From the NCBI GenBank assembly GCA_001642005.1, contig LWCA01000014.1:1-64000 (forward strand): a DNA stretch of 64,000 nt, given 5' to 3'. A model generated the notes under the pieces. That model was not told the origin of the DNA. It saw only the letters and a list, made by a program, of their open reading frames with translations, and did not search any database. Made by a program: the position numbers and the translations under genes. The DNA is from Intoshia linei. Taxonomy: Eukaryota; Animalia; Orthonectida. This document shows positions 27,186-40,494 of the stretch, piece by piece (position 1 is the stretch's first letter; the number at the start of each line of letters is the position of its first letter).

Positions 27186-27548
27186 GTTATTTTAAAAATA
27201 TAACATTTTTGCGTTAATTTAATTCATTAATACGTTTAATTACTTGGATATTTATTAAAATAACATTTTGCATTCACTCTATAGAAAGTTGATTGTAGTC
27301 TATCATTTATTTCATTCGAAACTTTCTAAAATTAAAAATTTTCATGGCCTACTTGACAAATTAAAAATCCGATAAATTAGATCGCCGTTAAGACTTCAGT
27401 TAGTATACACTTGATAGTAGAATATAGTTTGATCATAATATGTAGTAATCGCTTAAATAATTTAATTTCTTAGGGTTCAAATATATACAAATGTGGTTGC
27501 ATTTTTTTAAATAATCTAGCAAAACAATAAACTTAGTTGATTTCTAAA

Positions 27549-30533
27549 ATGTATCAATTTTTTACTTCGTTTTCTGCAGAAGAGAAAGAGGTATGCTTAT
27601 TAATTTTTTAGGAAAATAGTTATTAATGATTTATAAATCGATAATTATGTACGATGAGTACACTTTTGAGTAATAAATTTTAATTTAAATTTTTAAATTA
27701 TACAACTTGTTATTTTATTTCAACAAATTTTAACTAGTCAATATTTATTTTTATATTTTCTGCATAAAAATACGGAATATATTTTATAAAAGTAATATTA
27801 GAATTGAATCAATTCCATGTCAATGTAAAGACCCCAATGCCCTTCAAATTTGAATTTATCATTTATCAATTGTTCGTCAGTGGATGGGCTGTTCAATGTG
27901 ACTAAAATTCCTTTTCTTCCCAACTGTCTCTTGGCGTTTCTTATAGCATTCTGCATCTTTAAACAGTGACATAATACTTTTTCGTAAAAATTTGTTTACT
28001 CCGGAATGGCGTGGAAAACATCTTGTCTATCACTGCCTTACTTTTAAAATTAAAAAAAACTAATATTTTATAATGCTGCTCACAGTTGAAACGAAGTATA
28101 ACACCTATTATATATATGGTTATAATTGTGTATTTTTAAATTTAGGAAAATGAAAAAATAATTGATGAGGAAGAAAAAGAAGACGACGACGAAATTATAG
28201 TAATTTAAACATTTTATTCAATATATTACATTATAATTAATTGTATATGTGTAAAATAAAAAAAATTACTTTTAATTTGTAACAATCATTTATAATTTTT
28301 GATTAGTTATTAGCACGTGAAATGTAGAAATATTTCAGGTTTATGATTTTTATTAAAATATTAAATGTAAATCGCAAATTGATATATTCAATACTTTTAT
28401 CACTTATGTATTATATCAAAGACTTTTTTGACTTTAGTATTACTTGTACTGCGTACAAACAGTACCTACCTATGCTGAGGGCGAACTTTTTTAATTTTAT
28501 TAGAAAATAAATTACGTAAAAATTGTAATATTACAAATCCTTTAAAGATGTGGTTCCCAAACTTGTTTCACTTAGGACAGATAATTTATTAATTAAATTA
28601 AATTTAAAGTTTACTCTTAATTATTCACACTTCATTTTATTTTGATAAAATTTATATAGAGAATTTTAAAAAAATATTTGTTATGCAATTTTTTAAACTT
28701 ATTAGAGAATGAGTGTATAACCCTTACTTATAAAGTAAAATGGTTAAAAATATATATATTATTTATTTGTTTCTGTTTATTTAAAAAAGTAAGGGGAGTC
28801 GAGTTTTACAAATTCCATATTTTTATAATAGTTTTTCCAGAGTGATGTTTTATCGCAAATTTCAATTTTAGAAATTAAGTCCTTCAAGGTTAATAACGCA
28901 ATTGTTGTTTGTTTTTAAATTCAAACCCGTCCTAGAATTATAAAAAAACACATTTTCATAAAAAGTTTTAAATTCATTAATATTATGATAATTTCAATTT
29001 CAAAATCGTATATCTTCACGTCCAAAGCCCTAAATTAACCTTTTTTATAAAAATTAAGAAAGTCTTATAATTGTATACAACATTCATTCTAGGATGGTAT
29101 TTAAATTCATAAGCATTTTCATAAATGGTAATCTTAAAAAAGGTAAATTTCACGGTCAAAAACCTAGATCACCTTTTTTTTAAAAAATGATAACAGCCCT
29201 AGAATTTAAAAAAAATTACGGATGATACAGTTTCACAGAATTGGAAGATAATTTTGGGTCCAAAATTTGGTTGGGTTTTTAAGGGATTTAATTTACCAGA
29301 TTTTTACGATACAATTTTGAAGGGTTTTTAAGGGAACATTTTTTTTGTTATGTAGATAAAGATACCTTAAAATTTTAAAATTATTCTCTTAAAAACCCTA
29401 CAAAATATTAGCCTAAAAAAAGTATCTTTAAAAATTAAGTAAAAAAATCAATAATATGATTAATTAGCAAAATCTATGATTATTTCGCACTAAGACAGGG
29501 TTTCACAACCTGCGGCCGTGGGCAATTCATGTGATCATAATGCAATATATAATTTTACTTCAAATTCAAGGGAAATATTTTGATCAAAATGTTAAATTTT
29601 TGACTTTGCCCACTTTCTCAAAAGGATTCAAACTCTCAAGATAGAGATATATATAGAGAATAGAGACATTCAATTTTATTTAACCCTTACGAGACTATGC
29701 TGATTTTCAAAATTGAAAGCAAAAAATTTCACTTTTGAAATATTAAAAAACACCAAAATTTAAAGCTCAAAATTCACAAATTTCAAATGTTATTGATTTG
29801 TAAAGTGAACAACTTAAATTTGGCTTTAATATTTGGCTAAGAATTAGCAATAAAATATATTTAATTTATGACACGCAATTACAATCACGTCGTGTCTATT
29901 GTATTTCAAATATAATTCATTGTATTGTTGACTCAAAGTAAGCATTGATAATAAAATTAATTTTTACACATATTACATGTTAGTGTATGAGCAGTAAGTT
30001 GTTCAAAATTTATATTGTTACCGCCTTATTATCGTTTGTATACAAACCAATGTAAATTTATGAGTAGTTTTTTGCATCTATACATGTCTCATAATACATA
30101 CATTGTCTCGTAAGGGTTAAGTAAAGGATTTGTCTAATTTTTACACCAAATTAAGTCAAAATATCGGCTGATACAATATAGAACTTTAAAAATATTATTT
30201 GGGGGTCTTTTTTTAACGGATACGTGTCTGTTAAATCTTTATAATTTACATGAAAAATTAAAATTTGTTATTGATATAATATTAGGATCCCATGATTCCA
30301 TTGAAAGAGGAATGTAAAAAACGAATACAATGTATTGAACTTAAAACTTTTTATGATGCATGTAAAGAAAGAGTAAACAGTGATCCATCCACAATCGAAT
30401 CGTGTGCTGAAGAACTATATGATTATACTTCCTGTTTAAATCATTGCGTAAAATTTTTATAAATAAAAAAATTGATTATAATTTAAAAATATTTATTTAG
30501 ATTTCAAAAGATTTGTTCAATCATTTGAAATGA
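27549..30533 (+). CDS. UQCRH: Cytochrome bc1 complex subunit 6 (hinge protein); absent from ORF track
   Basis: Exons 27549-27590, 28146-28199 (acidic EEEKEDDDEII), 30286-30447 (DPMIPLKEEC...CKERV...ESCAEELYDYTSCLNHC) and 30501-30533 (ISKDLFNHLK*). Start exon less certain. Confidence 0.92.
28830..29230 (+). repeat. Family A repeat with three diverged ~133-bp tandem subunits
   Basis: Recurrent unit ...CTTCA(C/A)GGTCAAAA-CC-AAATTACC-Tn-AAAAAT...CCTAGAATT at ~28885, ~29015 and ~29150. Confidence 0.7.
29684..30116. mobile_element. piggyBac-type MITE in UQCRH intron
   Basis: TTAA|CCCTTACGAGACTATG ... CATTGTCTCGTAAGGG|TTAA: TTAA TSD and 15/16 TIR match. Confidence 0.9.
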
Positions 30534-30899
30534 TTTGTTAAAAAAATAAATTTTCACTTTTCATAAAAATGTAGTTAGAGTACAATAGTTGTATGTTATG
30601 TCGAATTTTCTTCTTGGTGTACGAGTTTATGAGTTAATCGTTCGATTGTTTTTCAATCTTTTTTGTATTTTCAAAAATTGATATTCTTCTTACTTTTTTA
30701 AATTTATTTCAATCCACTTGTCGAGAGACGTATTTACCGTACGGCGACCCCTCGTCGAGCAGGACCTCAACGAAATTTTTGTAAAATAGAGCCTCTTTTT
30801 CATTCATTACCTGCCCATCGCGCCTGGAATGAGAACAAGTTTCGTATAGTGATGAATCATCACTGATGATTAATATGAGACCAGTCAAAGATTTGGATT

Positions 30900-31840
30900 T
30901 TAATTTTTTAATCTATTGGATACAATAAAACACACTGCATAACAAAAACATGCAACAAATAACGATGCTGCATATGCATACGAAATTATCCTTGCATTCA
31001 CGATATCACCTAAATCTATATATATTTTTAGCAACGAAATAATACAATCATGTGGGTTTAGTATTCTATGTTCAGCACAGTGTGTCATTTTGCTACACAT
31101 TATATCATTACTTATATAAAAATTTTCTTTGCACTTAAAGTGATTCTTTGTTGGTAAATCTAAATTTGATAAAAGCCCTCTTGAAATTTAAATTACTTTC
31201 ATATTCCGTAAGAAGGATAGTAAAATTATAACCAACTATACTTTTCTTGGTCAACTGAAATTTTACGTAACCCATATCGGTCTTTAGAGATGTTACATTC
31301 ATTGAATCACAAGTATATGTAATCTAATTTAACTGATAAACATTTAATTTTTTACACCAAATTAATCCGAATACATTTTAACTGGACCCCGTATACATTT
31401 AAAAAATACAAAAAAAAATTACATAAAGCTTAAGCTTGTTTTGAGCTAATTTTAACAATAATGGTTAAAATTACATTTTTTTTTGAATAAGGATTCAACC
31501 AAATTGTAAATATCACATTGCAGTATTGGATATTAAATCTTTCAAATCTAATCAGTATATTACCTAAAGGTAGTTTTGTCTAAATTATCGGTTAACAAAA
31601 ATTAAAATTAATTTAAAATAACTCTGAAAATCATCAAGCAGTCCTGATTTTTAAAATTTGATTCATATCCGCTAATTATAGAAGCGCCGTCTATATATTT
31701 GTCCCATATACCACATGATATACTCGGCATTTTATCTATAAATATTTATTATTGATCAATGATCACGTCAAAATACAATATTTATGCATTATTCCAACAG
31801 TAAAGTCAAAAATAATTAAAAGCAGTATTATAATGTTCAT
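30900..31840 (-). CDS. Single-pass membrane protein: signal peptide, CUB-like domain, LDLa-like Cys module, TM helix
   Basis: Spliced short exons give MNIIILLLIIF..., QDCLMIFR...ILIRFERFNIQYC, FKCKENFYISNDIMCSKMTHC and TM YAYAASLFVACFCYAVCFIV. C-terminus uncertain. Confidence 0.6.
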
Positions 31841-32158
31841 TATTTTAATTGAGATGATAAAATCATTTAGCGTTGTGATATTATCATAATGTTTTTTTTT
31901 CGAAATAAATAAATTATATATTATTCACATTAATTGTCAATAATACATGAAATATAAGATTGTAAAGTCATACTGGTACATCTTTTATTCAATTTATTCC
32001 GACCGAATCAATCACTACGAAAATATTGACGTGTTAACAGTTTTTCATAAATATCACAATGTTACCCGTTAAGAATTTAATTCATTTCATTATCAATAAA
32101 TGTTTGTTCATTTTAATTTGGCGCAGTTTTAATTTTTACAAAAAAATTCCAATATTAC

Positions 32159-34365
32159 ATGTCCGAAACACAAGATAATAAATTGTAATATTTTCATCAA
32201 CTTGTAATTTCACATTTTATTAAGTTTAAATAATTACATTAAAAAAATATATACATTTTCAACCGAAGGTAATTAGTTTATTTAAAAAATTTTAATGTAA
32301 TTTATGATAATCCTCTTATATTTATTTTTACATTATTTACAGAATATTGGGTAAGCATCGATCCCCTCTAGATATTAATGAAGACTTTGAAATTGGACGA
32401 CCATTGGGAAAAGGAAAGTTTGGAAGTGTTTATTTGGCCAGAACCAAAACAAGTCATTTTATTGTTGCCATAAAAGTATTTATTTTATTATAATTTTAGT
32501 TAGTGGTGAATATTCATTTAGGTAATATTTAAATCTCAAATACGTAAAGCTAAATTGGAACATCAACTTATACGCGAGATCGAAATTCAAACAAAATTAA
32601 GGTAATTAAATGTTTAGTATGATATGTTGTAACTGGCAAAGTGTACCGAAAGATGTTGATATTCAGATGTAAAAGAAACGAAAAATAAATTTAATTTTGA
32701 TAATTTCTTCATTACCTGTTTAGCTTAGTGACACCCAAATTTGTTGGACCTCTATTTTTTTTAAAGTGCATTTATCTCATAAATTTAGTTGAACCATAGA
32801 AAATAATCAGATTGGGCCTCTAACGATTTATCATACCTCAATCTCTAATTTTTAATTAGTTAATTCAGGGTGGTCATAACACATGGCGAGTGAGGACCAT
32901 TAAATACATTTTACAAATTCAGCGGGCGCAACATTAAAAAAATTTACACAATTATTTCATCGCTCCTTCCCTCTTAGTTTTCTTACTCCAAATTGAAAAG
33001 CAATTTTCTCCTTTTCATTGCTTATTTACATATAAATATTTATTAATTTTTTATTATTTACCTGTTTTACAAAATATATTACTAAACAATTTCACGGATC
33101 ACACAATTTGACCTGGCGGCCCGCGGTCACGCTTTGGATTACCCTGAGTTAATTCATTGAGATGTTAATATAATAATTAGATGACAAATTGGAATTTATA
33201 AAAATGTCACATTTGTTATTTTTATGATTTTATTTTGAGTTTATCGGGCTAAAGATTGATCAGAAAATACTTTGATGGGTCTATTTTGTATCTTGTTAAA
33301 CCATAACTAGTTAGCCGTTATGTTTTATTTAAATATACGTGTATATCGAGATCTTTACATATTGTAATTATTTTTTCAGGCACAGACATATATTGAAAAT
33401 GTACACGTACTTCTATGATGACAGGAAGATTTATTTGGTGTTGGAGTACGCATATAATGGAGAATTGTTTCGTCATTTAAGAACCGATGGACATTTTTCT
33501 GAAACAAAATCGGCTACGGTTTCCATTTACATATTTTTTTTAAATAAAATGCAATTAAAAACATATTTGTGAATTAATCATGTTTATTAGCTAATCGATG
33601 AACTTTGCAGTGCTTTGATATATTGTCACAAAAATAAAGTCATTCATAGAGTAATTTTTAAAAAATAATTTCCGAAACGGTGAATACATGCAACATAAGG
33701 GTGGTCCAATGATATTGTAATTTGGACCCAAAAAGTAACTTAACTTTTTTATTATCATGCAATTTTAAATTTTTAACGTAATTATGGTTAAATTTACCAA
33801 CATTAATCGTTTTATATTGATTTAAAATATATTTTTTAGGATATAAAACCTGAAAACCTTTTACTCGGTGTATTTGGAGAAGTTAAAATTGCTGATTTTG
33901 GTTGGTCTATTCATGCACCATCATCAAAGTAATATATTATCAATTAAGTAAAATATTTCAAATTAATAATTTATTATAAAAAAAATAGAAGAGATACATT
34001 ATGTGGTACATTGGATTACTTACCCCCAGAAATGGTGAAAAACGAAAGACACGATGAAAATGTAGATATTTGGAGTTTAGGAGTGCTTTGTTTTGAATTT
34101 TTAGCCGGATATGCACCATTTGAAAGTGAAACAAACCCTGAAACATACAACAAAATTACTAATCTTATTTACCGTTTCCCCCATCATGTTTCTCTTGAAG
34201 CCAAAAAACTAATTTCATCGGTTATTTGGATAACGTTACTTGTTAATTTAACTATTTTAGCTATTAAAAATCAACCCAGAAGAACGAATATCACTGGAGG
34301 ATACAAGAAAGCACGAATGGATTCTTAAAAAGGCTATTAGACGTCAATATCCAAAAGACTATTAA
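32159..34365 (+). CDS. AURK: Aurora kinase
   Basis: [67 protein letters not shown]. Stop at 34363-34365. Confidence 0.97.
32866..33146. mobile_element. hAT (Buster-like) MITE in Aurora intron
   Basis: CAGGGTGGTC / GATTACCCTG termini with perfect 8-bp TSD agttaatt. Confidence 0.85.
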
Positions 34366-34415
34366 ATAAATTATTTAATTTACATTCACTATGTACAAAA
34401 CACAATTCTATAAAA

Positions 34416-35247
34416 TTACTGTATTTTATTTTTTCCTTTTTTAACATTTGCACTACAAGATGAATTACTACAACCCGAGCATGATTCATAGGAACCTGAT
34501 GAATCATCACTACTAGACATTTTTATTGAATCTGGAGGTATTGATTCTGGTGAACTTTCTACTCTTCGTTTTTTTACTTCGGTTTGAGGGATAACGTCGG
34601 CGTCTTTCTTTAATTCCAGTTCTGCTTTTCTATAAAAATAATATTATAATTTTCTCAACATTTTGAAAATTAATTGCGGTTACATATTAATAATTTTATC
34701 GGTTGGGTATCATGGCTAAATTAAATTAACCTTTTGAGCATTTCATCATATTTCTTTTCTAACAGTTGTGATTTGGTCAACCTCGATCTATATTTTTGTT
34801 TCTTTTGACATTTAAAAGTAAAATGACCTATTTTTAAACAATTTTGGCATCTAAAAGTTTCCGATTTTTGCTTTTCTGCGCTAAACAAAAAAATATATTT
34901 TATATTAAAAATTTTAGTATATAAATAATTTTAAGCAAAACAACAAAATAAAACTAACAATTACAAAATAATTAGAAAAAAATTTTTTGAAATTATTTTT
35001 AACAACACAAAAAATGACATAAGATGTATTCAGGCAATAAAACCAATAAACAGGTGAACTTTTTAAAAAAATACATAAAAATAATTTGATAAGTCATATA
35101 ATAATTGAAATTCTATCCCTGCCGGATTAACAGTTTTCTAAAAATATACCCGCGAGTTGAAAAAGAAAGTTTTCATCTTAAATATTGCAATATACATGAT
35201 AAATTCAATTACATTTCCTTTCCATATCGTTTTACATCGTCATCCAT
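34416..35247 (-). CDS. ZCCHC10: Zinc-knuckle protein ZCCHC10-like, 3 exons; absent from ORF track
   Basis: RCQNCLKIGHFTFKCQKKQKYRSRLTKSQLL followed by a Ser-rich tail. Confidence 0.8.
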
Positions 35248-35742
35248 TTTTAATTTTGTTATATTCAATAAAAGTTTATTCTCAGTTTATATAGTATTCA
35301 AAAAAATTTAAAATTAACTTTATTTATTGTTAATTTATTATAAATTATTATGACGGCATACCAGAGTTGCTTGATATAAAGTTAAATTTTTTATTTAAAA
35401 ACGATCATTTTGAATTCTGTATTTTCGAAGTGTACACTGTACAGTAGGGTGTCAATTTTTTTTAAAATTGAAACGTGTAGCAAAAATATCAATTAAAATT
35501 ATTTCATTTAAAGAGTAGTAATTTAATAAACTACATAATTTACATAATGTACCAAATTAATATAAATATGAACAAATAAATACCTATATATTGACATGGA
35601 TACTAAAATAGCGTTCTTAATGGAGATTTTCAAATTGTGATTTGTATGTCAATTCAAACAAAAAGCAGACAGAATTATTATGCAGATTGTCAATCGCCTT
35701 TATTAAATTGAATTAAATTTACACGTGCATAACCAAAAAAAA

Positions 35743-38700
35743 ATGAAAAAATCTATATCAGAATCGTCCGATGTGGACATTATTCCAAAGAATGACGAGA
35801 TTTCCCCACTACGAAAAAAATTAATGATTGCTGTTATGACGTTTATTAATCTTTGCAATTTTGCAGACCGATTTGCGGTGGCAGGTATATTTAATTCATG
35901 TTAATTTAAATTTAATGTAATCTAGGTGTTTTATCCGATGTAAAAATTCATTTTGGTACTAAAGACGCCGAGTTAAGTGATGGAAATACTGGACTCATAC
36001 AAACATCTTTCGTCATTGTTTTTATGATAATGAGTCCTATTTTTGGTTATTTGGGAGATAGATATAACAGAAAAATTATTCTTATATTTTCACAAGTGTG
36101 TTGGCTTTTATCTACACTCTCGGCCACATATGTTCCAGATGGCGTAATTTTAATATTTATGAAATTATATTTTAAATTAGAAATTTATGATATTTCTATT
36201 TTGTCGATCTATGGTCGGTGTTGGCGAAGCCAGTTATGCAACCATTACACCTTCACTAATTGGAAGTATTTATTCAGGTACATCTAGAACTACAGCTCTT
36301 ATCATGTTTAGTCTTGCAATTCCTATTGGCAGGTATTATTTTTTCTACTAAAATTTACATTTAGTGGTCTAGGATATGTACTATCTTCACTATTAACCAG
36401 TCTTTTCGATAGTTGGAGATGGGGTTTACGAGTTTACTTTGTTTTTCATATTTTTATTATATATTAGTTTTCCGGAGTTAATGGAATTATTGGAATTTTG
36501 TTAATTTTGTTTGTTATGAAGGAACCTACACGTACCACTACCGGTGATATAAATAACACCTCAAAATCTAGTTGGATATATGATATGAAATGCATTCTAT
36601 CCAAGTATTATTTTAATGTTAATATGTAAATATCTTTTTAGAAAAACCTACATATTGACGACGCTCGGTTTTACATGTTTTTGTTTCATCGTCGGTGCTC
36701 TTTCTTTCTGGTCTCCACACTTTATGTCCTTTGCGTACAAAATGCAGCATCATTCTGGAATTAAATTGTATGTTTATTAGTTAACTTTTAAATTATATTT
36801 AATAGAGTTCCAACCATATATGGGATATTAACGTGTGCTGGAGGTTTAATTGGCGTTATTTTATCTAAAATATTACTAATGCTATTTGGGAAATATTCGA
36901 GATATACAGACTCTTATATTTGTTCATTTTCACTCCTTGGCTCTTTACCATTTTTGTTTTGTGCTATTTATCTTGCTGAAACTCAAATTATTGCGACTTG
37001 GGTTTGATTTTTGTTTAGTTATTACATTTTTATATTGTAGATTTTGGTAGCTATCGGAATTACAATACTATGTCTTATTTGGGCTTTAAATACTGATATT
37101 TTACTAGTATCATTTTATAATTAAATTAATTTTAACTAAAATCGAATTAGATGAGGTATTATATATTTCCATAATGTAACCAAATTTGTCTTTGTTATAA
37201 TTAAGAATTATACTTATACACTAAAATTATAGCACTGCAGTGGTCGCCAAACTTTTTTTTTTGAGGACCACCTTTCTAAATATTCTATAAAAAATTATTT
37301 TTTAATATCTTGAATATTATTATTATTTTAAAAAATCTGTTTATAAATATATTTCAAAGTATCTCCAGTGGAAATACTCCACTCACTTTGGCATAAACTG
37401 CATTATAAAATAACAGTTTATTATATGAATTTGTGTCTAAATTTATTTAAAAATTTTATATAGAAAGTAATTGAACCACAAAGAAGATCGGCAGCAGTGT
37501 CAACTCAAATTTTGATTTCACATGCTTTTGGTGATGCAGGGTCTCCATACCTTGTTGGATTGGTTTACTATAATTAAACTAAAATATATATACATGGTTT
37601 CTCAACCGGGGTAGCAAAATTTCTCATGGAGATCGCTAAAAGTTGAAATTAATTATATTTTTTTTAAATTTTCACAATTTAAATTGGAATTTACAAAATA
37701 TATGATACAGTGGTTATTGATTGTAAATTACAAATTTTTTTAAATAAAACCACATTTCAGTTTTGGTAGTTACATTGTGTAAATGAAAAAAATTTACGAA
37801 TATATAAAAATAACGGAACTTACATTTTAAATATCAAAAAGTAAATAGTAACCCACAACAGTGCGGATCCAAGAGGCTAGTTAATGGGGTGCGAGCGAAG
37901 CGAGCAAAATATTTAATTTGCCGAAGGGGAAAAAATCTTTTAGGGCTTCTCTTTTAATATCAAGGAGTCTCGTTTAATTTCATTTAAAGGTTGTTATACA
38001 ATAGTTTCCAAATTTGTATTTTTTCGCAAAAATAAAAAAATGATCAGCACAAAAAAAAAGAAATTAATTTTGTTCATTAAATAATCCTAAATCAATTAGG
38101 TCCAGTCTTCTTGGGTGAAGTATTGCAAATTCATTAACCAAATTTTCAATATCAAAATTATAGTCATAGTGGCAATTCATGAGGGCCAGTTCACATAACA
38201 AAAGGCATTATGTCACATTATCAATTGTTCATGTAATGTTATGCGCCATATATATTGTTTTCATAAATTAAAAATTTTTTTAAAAAATTTAGGGGGTCAA
38301 ACTGCACCTTCTGCACCCCTTGAATCCGCCTTTGCACAAATTGTTTGAATCACAGAATGTTCAGTGTTTTTATATTTTTTATATAAATATCATTATATCT
38401 GAAAAATGTAGAATATAAAACAGTTTTATCATAAAATTAATGTAAAAATTCAAATTAACTAAATATAGAGAAAAAATTAATGGTAGAATTACTATTTAAA
38501 TAATTTCATCTCATTCATGTCTTTTGAAAAGAATTGATAACATGAATGCAGCCAGAGCCGAACTATGATGCCTGAACTTCCTCGAAAATGAAAAATAAAA
38601 CCGTAAGAAATTTTTTTATAAAATGATGATAAATGCCATATAGCTCTAGCCACCTCTGCAGGTGTATGGTCTTGAGTACGATAGGCTGGCTCTGAATATG

Positions 38701-39361
38701 TAAAGTGTAGTCCAAGTATAGTTACAAATTCAAACAATTTTTTATACAAATTTGTAATTATAATGTGAGAATGCACTCTAAATTGAAATTGAAATTGATT
38801 AAATACATTTTTAATATATCAATGATAAATTGAATTGGATGCTTGGATTTGAAATTCTCCGGAAAGTCACAATCATTAATTACAAGTAAACTAACGTAAA
38901 ATTTTTACTTGTTCGTAAGGGGTCATAAGAAGCAAAAGGTTGAGAACCATGAATGTATTATATATTGCTTTTTTGAAATTACTGAAAATTTTATTGTTAA
39001 CAATTTTATGTACTTTGTTTTTTAGTTTTCTGATTTAATGAAGAATTCGTACAGTTATAAGTCTCCAGCAATCGATTTTTTTTCATTACAATTTTCTTTA
39101 TATCTCACATTACTGGCAGCTAGCTTTGGTGGAGTTTTATATTTTTGTACTACCCTCTTCATCGACGGTGAAACTGTTAATGTTGAAGAAGGTAATTTTA
39201 AAGTGGTATTATTAAATAATTTTAGTCAAGCCAATTCTAAATAGTGATAGTGATGAGTCCCAACTGTCAAATACAAAATCAGTAAAAATTTTAATAAATT
39301 ATTCTTACTATATTTTTAGATCAATGAAACATCAAGTATGCTACCAAATTATGAAAATTAA
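35743..39361 (+). CDS. SPNS: Spinster-family MFS transporter
   Basis: NLCNFADRFAVAG, GLIQTSF, SPIFGYLGDRYNRK, VGVGEASY, AIPIGSGLGY and QILISHAFGDAGSPYLVG. Confidence 0.95.
37593..38951. mobile_element. hAT (Buster-like) non-autonomous element in spinster intron
   Basis: TIRs CATGGTTTCTCAACC / GGTTGAGAACCATG; TSD decayed. Confidence 0.7.
37859..38334 (-). mobile_element. Nested hAT (Tip100-like) deletion derivative
   Basis: TIRs CAGTGCGGATCCAAG / CTTGAATCCGCCTTTG. Minus-strand remnant LALMNCHYDYNFDIENLVNEFAILHPRRLDL matches the hAT transposase C-terminus. Flanks cacaa/cacaa. Confidence 0.8.
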
Positions 39362-39382
39362 ATTTATTAAATATAACAATTT

Positions 39383-40494
39383 TTACGAGTCCCAAGGTCT
39401 CCAAATAGACTTTTGTGTAATAGATTTTGTTTTTATTTCAATTGGTTCAGTTTTGGTAAATTCATCAATGGCGTGAAATGGGTGGACTATGCTGTATTTA
39501 GAGTTTTTAAAGTGGTTTAAATTTTCATTTAACGATTGAAAAGGGCAATTTGTGTGGTTAATAATTTCTTTGAGGTATCGAACAAGGTTGATGCGAATTT
39601 CATTATTGATTGATTCCATTTTTTCAAGATATCTATTAACTTGATCCGTGCAGTCGTTAAAACCAGAATGATATTTCAAGTGCAAATTTGTAGTGTAATT
39701 TTGAACGTCTAAAATTTGAATATAATTCAAAAACTCAATAATAGCTGTCAAAAATTTTTAAATAGTTAGTGGTCACTTGTCACATAATTATTAAATTTGC
39801 TGATGGGCTAACCCCTAGCACTCTAGTCATTAGATTTATAAGGTTATCTGTTAAAATTTGATCTTGCGTTTTGAATGGAGGGTGCTTGCGTGTCATGTTT
39901 TGTCTCAAAAATATATTGCTCGCACGCTTTGTTGATAATGTTAATTTTGACCTTGAGCACTTTGCGTGTTCTTATTTAGTTTAGAATTTTATAACTTATT
40001 GTAGTTCAATTGTTATTTTGATTACATTTTGTTTGGGTCATTCACTGGAATGCATACATTTTAATATATGTCATCGCAAGTACATCTCGATATAATTGTT
40101 AAATATTTATAAAACTGCTTAATATTACCTGATTCACTTGCATCAGAATAACTGCAGTTTTGACAGTGTTCTGACTTTAATTTATTGTTTTGTAATGATC
40201 GCATGTGTTTAACAGCTAATTCCAAAATATCGGCCTTTTCAAGTTTTGATTTGGATAACTGGTTTTTGTTTATTAATTCATTTAAATTTATTTTACCTCT
40301 TTTTTTATAACATCTGTAAGTAAACTTTTTAGTTGGTTCAGAGATGAGTTTATTCGTGCTCTACGCTTTTTCTCCATGATAGGTTTTGATATCTATATTC
40401 AAATTTAGGTTTATGTGGTGTTACCTTTCAGGGACAATAAAATGATTCTTACATATAAATATTTAATATTATGGAACGGTTTAGAAAAAATCAT
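39383..40494 (-). CDS. HES: Hairy/Enhancer-of-split bHLH-Orange repressor
   Basis: [37 protein letters not shown], Orange domain [16 protein letters not shown] and C-terminal WRPWDS. First exon uncertain. Confidence 0.93.

Noticed and set aside
30838-30890. Hammerhead-ribozyme-like words (CTGATGA on +; GTGATGA...CGAAAC on -), sharing ATTAATCATCAGTGAT with ~786-801
   Set aside because: No strand has CUGAUGA, a closable stem II and GAAA in the right order. At best a degenerate repeat.
30900-31100. ORF resembling exosome CSL4 (GDIVNARIIS)
   Set aside because: Context shows it is the juxtamembrane exon of a signal-peptide/CUB-like gene; no other S1-domain motifs.
39383-39403. WRPW not at the extreme C-terminus (WRPWDS)
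   Set aside because: Normal; vertebrate HES1 also has two residues after WRPW.
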